64,000 bases of DNA, taken from Pavona decussata (Eukaryota). The translations under genes were made by a program, and so were the position numbers. Below are positions 58,987 to 64,000 of the stretch, piece after piece (the stretch's first letter is position 1; every line of letters begins with the position of its first letter). Under the pieces are notes generated by a model. The model saw only the letters and a program-made list of their open reading frames with translations, was not told where the DNA came from and did not search any database. The stretch spans positions 930,001 through 994,000 of the forward strand of contig CDRNST010000354.1 of assembly GCA_977016875.1 (NCBI GenBank). Direction: 5' to 3'.

Positions 58987-61900
58987 ATGCACGCTGTGAC
59001 AAGAAACAAGCGAAAGCAAAAGGACAGGGAAAGGAAAGCAACCCTTGTACTTTGTCAATGCCACCTGTGTAATGGAACTTTGTGTTCAGCCAAAACAGCA
59101 CGTCGACATAAGTCTATTTTTGGGTTTGAGAAAGCGGCGAATGTACGGCATGTTGTGGTAGACGGTCAAGGGTAAATACACGTTGTATTGCTAGATGATC
59201 AAGACGATCAAGGGTCGTCCAGTGACTCTTCAGATGAGGTTGATCTCGCTGAAGCTTCTCAGGGGGAAAATTCATTGGTGCAGGACACCGAGTGATCGCA
59301 ATGAAACGAATGCTCAGGGAGAAAACTTTTACATGTACAGTGCTAGTGGCAGCACAACAACAACAACAACAACAATACTTTATTTACCCACGCTACATCT
59401 AGGAGTGGTAAAACTCGTTAAAACATGTGCGTGAAATGAAAAGCATAAAAAAAAAAATTAAAAATTACTTAAATTACTTAAATCTTAAAACTATCTAAAA
59501 ACCTGCTTCTTCATAGGACATTTAAAAGTAGAAATATCCTTGGTATTTCTAACATACGTAGGTAACCAATTCCAAAGTTTTGCGGCTAGAAATGAGAATG
59601 ACTTATGGCGCCATTCTAGATTAAAAGTGGGTAGCCTTAAAAGTGTCCCCGACCCTCTTAAATTGTAATTACAAATTTTAATCTCAAAAAAATCCTCTAT
59701 GTACCTTGTGGCTTCTTTATTAATACATTTACATACCAAAACTAGGGCCTGGAATTTTCTTCTTTCTTCAAGCGTTCTTATACCAGCCATATTTAATAAA
59801 TGGTTGTATGGTGTATGCTTTCCATACCCTAAAATAGATCTAAGAATATAATCATTGGTATCTTCTAATTTTTTAATTTGACCTCTTCCAACTCCAAGTA
59901 ATAGTGGACAACAATATTCTAAATGAGGCAAAATATATGCTTTATAAAGGTGACACATTACGTCCAAAGGAATAAACCGGCGAATCCTCCTTAACGCATA
60001 GGCTTTGGCACACGCCTTTTTTGTTTGTTCAGACACATGAGTGACAAAATTGAGCTTACGATCTAATGTAACACCAAGGATTTTAATTGTATCATTAGCG
60101 TCCACTTCATTGTTATCTACACTGAAGTTATAGCGATATGATACTGGAGCTAAAGTCATTGCCTGTGTCTTAGATGCATTGATCTGAAGATGACAATGCA
60201 ATCTCTTTGGCTGGAACAAGCGATCCTGTTAATTCAGGCGATCAAGAAATCGAAATAGCTGGCAGTTCTTTGTCTGATTCCTCTGTGTCTTCGAATACCA
60301 AATCAAGTGACGAGGATGACGTGGACAATATTGATGCGAGCTTTCATGAGATTGATCATGATGTGGACGAATTCGAAGTGGACAGTGATTCCAGTGAGGG
60401 TTCGCATGACGAGGTTTCGGTCGATGGCCCTTCAACATTGCCGTTGTTTGAGGGACGTTCAGTGACAGTCCTTGAGGCATTGGCTGGGTACTTTAATTGG
60501 TTTTCAAACCATCCCTCGATCAGTAAAAGTGCACTTTCAAGTTTGCTTAATCATGAGCATTTTAATGTGTTGCCGCCAGGAAATAATTTGCCATCTTCAT
60601 ACGAGCAAGTGTACAATGTAATAAAACCACACCTAGTGCCTACGGTTTGTTACCGTGCTTGCCCTAATGACTGCATCCAATTTTGAAAGACTAAATACAC
60701 AAAGTTGAAGAATTGCCCCAAGTGCAATGGAAAGCGTTATGCTGCGAATGGACAGCCTGTGAGACGGTTTGTGTATTACCGCTTAGGCCCAAGATGGAGA
60801 CATCTTTTCCAGTGTAAAGAAACATCTAGGTTGTTACAAGAGCATGCACTTCGTCAAAGCCAGGATGACTTGATGTCAGATGTCCACGATTCTGTATCAT
60901 GGAGAGCCGTTTATGCCCTAGATGGTGTGTTCCAAGGGGATCCCTGTGGCCTTTCAGTGTAGTTGAGTACAGATGGAGTCAACCCATTTAGTGCAAACAA
61001 GATCTGTTACTCTATGTGGCCAATCATGTTGACCATCCTAAACTGGCCTAAAGTTCGCCGAAACCACTTTGAGAACATGATGCTGGTTGGTATTATTCCT
61101 GCAAATGGCAACGACAAGCCTAAGTCAGTTGATCCCTACCTACAGGTTATTGTAGATGAGCTGGACGAATTATCTGGAAATTCATTTTATGACGCCTAAA
61201 AAGACCAATGGTTTTGTTTCCGTGCACACCTTCACAACTTTGTCCTGGATTATCCAGATCTGAACAAAGTGTTTTGCTGTACTGGTGCAGGGGCCTTACA
61301 AGGATGCATGTTATGTGAAATTATTGGTGAGTTTAGTTCTCTTTTTCTAATAATATAATTTTAACACAACACACAAGATCTACAATAGATCATTGTTGCT
61401 ATATTAGACAGCGGTTTTCAGTAGACGGTTAGTGTGAAAAGTAACTTCTTGTTTCCTTTTATTTTGCGTTACTATGCTTTGTGATTGCTTAGAAATCGCT
61501 CGCCACTTTCTCAACCAGTCAGAAAACATAACCAATCATGACTTGCTTGGACGTCTTTACCCACACTTGGGGCCAGTGACATGTATTTGCTTTGTATTCT
61601 GATGGTTCATTCTGGTGTTTTTGTCTGTTGCAATTCATTGGTTAGTGTAATTCCTTTGGTTTTTGTTTTACGATTCGTTTTGGGAGAGTAGAAATTTGCA
61701 GTTATGGGCTCTAGATCTCCTGATACTGTCAAAATTTAGTTTCCAGCTCTGCAAGCTTGGAAACCTTATACTAAGCAAGAGAGATATTTGTTGGAGTGTC
61801 AGCTCACCTATGGATAGGAAAAGAGAAACAAATTATATTAATACAAGCATCATTCTTACATATTTTCAGGTACACATTTTGCTGCAATAGATAAAGTTGT

Positions 61901-62330
61901 CTACCTCAACAACAGGTGTTTCCTACCTGCCTCACACCCCTTGAGGAAGGCAAAGAAGGAATTCCCGTCAGGCAAACCAGAATGCCGGCCCCCTCTTGAC
62001 AAGATGACACAGGAAGAAGTGATGGTGAATAGCTTGGCCTATGAAAATGCCAAAAATCGTACCCAAGCTGCAGGTTTTGCTACAGCAACTGGAAGCAAAG
62101 GTTGCTATTGCTTGATGCTCCTTCCAGACCACGATCGTACCACGCAGGTCTTTACAGATGTCATGCACTTATCAAGAATGTGACCTGTGAGATGGTACAA
62201 CTGCTTACAGGCCATAAGGACAGCCAGAAAGTAAGAAAGGGCTTTCACTTCGGGTAGAAGGGCACACAATGCGTCATCAGAATGGAATGAACCAAAAGCA
62301 AACTTATTCATAATTAAGACACTGCAGAGC
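58987..62330 (+). mobile_element. EnSpm/CACTA (Transposase_21-like) transposase pseudogene, spliced, interrupted by a LINE
   Basis: LPPGNNLPSSY..CPNDC..CPKC..RY; MSDVHDS..W; LSTDGVNPF..YSMWP..LNWP..R..ENMMLVGIIP; PYL..IVDEL; LDYP..KV..GA..GC..C; later exon from ~61871. Confidence 0.85.
59354..60185 (-). mobile_element. 5'-truncated CR1/L2-type LINE with (TTG)n tail
   Basis: QINASKTQAM..ILGVTLDRKLNF..H..ALRRIRRFIP..LYKAYILPHLEYC..YNLRG..SFSFLAAKLWNWLP; AATAAA and (ttg)n tail at 59354-59385. Confidence 0.88.
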
Positions 62331-64000
62331 AAATTTGGGCATGAAAATATTTAGTTCCGAGTGTGGAAGGGTGGAAATCACCATCTCCACTTTCATTGGA
62401 TAGATTTCACTAAAGAACTTTCTAACCTAGAAAAGACAATAAAATTGAGTAAGAACTATGGCTCTGTACAGTTCACTCTCCAAGGTCTTCACAGTAGCCC
62501 CCACCCTCTACCGTAAACAACAGAGTAGAGCATCTGAACAGGCTCTAAAGGATAACAATGACTTCTATAATGATGCAAGGACCACTGAAACAAACAGCAG
62601 GAAAATTTTGTGGAGATCAGGATCAAGGCTGATCAAACAGCTGAATTAATTTTTTCTTTTAATAATTATTGTGCCCAATATCTCAGTTAGCCAAAACTAA
62701 TCTTCATCAGAGGCTATGAAAGCTAGTGTTTGTAACGGATACTCCATTCTGATTTCTGTTTAAGAGGAAATTCCCAAGTGATTATACCAGATGTACATGT
62801 ACGCTTACTTCTAGTAAACCATTTAAATTTCATTTCTCAGAAACGTTTATAGATTTTATCAATCAGGAAATATTAAAATAGCACAAAGTGGTTTAAGAGC
62901 GAGAGCACACAAAAATCGAACATTGTGCGGCAAACTTTCAAATTTTGAAAATAGCTGAAACTTTAGCTATTAGTAGTCCATATTGAGTTATTCATTGCTG
63001 TGTGGTTCATTTGTGAAATAGCTTTTTGATTCAGCAGAAAATGACGAAGTTTGATTTCATAGCCAGACACTAGAAAATTCGGGTTGAAAAATCAGTCATT
63101 TTGAAGCAACCCACTTGCCCTACTGATAAAGCTGGAAGACATCTATTTGTTATCAGCTTGTTCTACAACCTTTTCAGGTTTTATCTTTTAATTCCCATCA
63201 AGATCGATCGAGCTTGTAACACTGAGACCGACCAGAAAAAAAAGGACCCGTAACTCTATAGAAATCGCTTGCCAAATTGAAAAGATAATTTATCGTACTA
63301 CCTTTATCACAAATCAAATGAAACTGTAAGAGTGAAGTAAGGAGTAAATGGGCTGTCAACTAAAATTAAAAATTTTCTGGGGAAACTTAATCGTGCTCTG
63401 CGGAAGAACGCTCAAAATTTGACAAAATCGCAAAATCAAACCGAGATTGCGTGACGCACCATGACAGATATTGCAAACGTATTTCGGGGAACATTCAGAC
63501 CTAACCGGATAAAAATACATTAATGGCCTTGTTATTGTTTCTGATTTTTATTATTCATCATTTTGTTTGATAAATAAAATGTTAAACAGCATATTTGTTT
63601 CATTCAAGCTTTCCCTCGCTCCCTCTCCAATTTTCACGTAGCCACGAAGCCTCTTTACTTGGATGACTACGAGTTTCTTTACGAGTTAAAATATTAAAAC
63701 CGAATGCCAATGACCACAAATTATAGAAAGCTGGCAAAACAAAGACTTCAAAATTTAAAGTCCCTAGTTTTTGTTTAATATTAGACTTAGAAATAATTAT
63801 TTTGCTGACTCTTGAAATTAACTATCTAAACTATTTGAGCGTGTTGCTATACTAATAGCCAATTATAAACGAGTTCCACGCAAAAGTTATGGAATTGTCC
63901 CACGGAACTTTCTTACTCAGAGTGACGCGCTTTGTAAAGCTAGCTAGTTTTCTTGTATTGTGCAGCACTGCAATGGCGTTTTCGCAGTTTTCGTGCTCTT

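Noticed and set aside
62400-64000. Terminal 1.6 kb
   Set aside because: No ORF, repeat or terminus could be supported.

Overview
Eukaryotic, AT-rich, repeat-dominated DNA, most likely from a scleractinian coral or other anthozoan (judged from a cytochrome b NUMT and the transposon families). It has one assembly gap (20798-21030) and no convincing intact host gene; it is a nested transposable-element graveyard. Main elements: (1) the decayed right-hand ~10.9 kb of a Polinton/Maverick (adintovirus-like) element, ~27945-38833, with major capsid, adenain protease, two accessory ORFs, packaging ATPase and a protein-primed PolB. The PolB appears to be spliced (intron inside motif B, plus a chain of phase-0 micro-exons feeding three C2H2 fingers), has a 3' UTR packed with Pumilio-type UGUANAUA motifs, and the element ends in an AGTAGT terminus. 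(2) An orphan terminus of a related Polinton at 14814. (3) A nearly intact Penelope retroelement (48749-51717) with a 13-bp TSD, pseudo-LTRs and candidate hammerhead ribozymes carrying a U3-A8 core. (4) Relics of KDZ, Kolobok-like, Harbinger, hAT, RAG1/Transib-like, Merlin, IS3EU, EnSpm/CACTA, Gypsy, L1/Tx1 and CR1/L2 elements, TTAA MITEs, kinase pseudogenes and a ~21-bp satellite with a 292-bp higher-order repeat. All family assignments come from motif recognition by eye; no database search was run.
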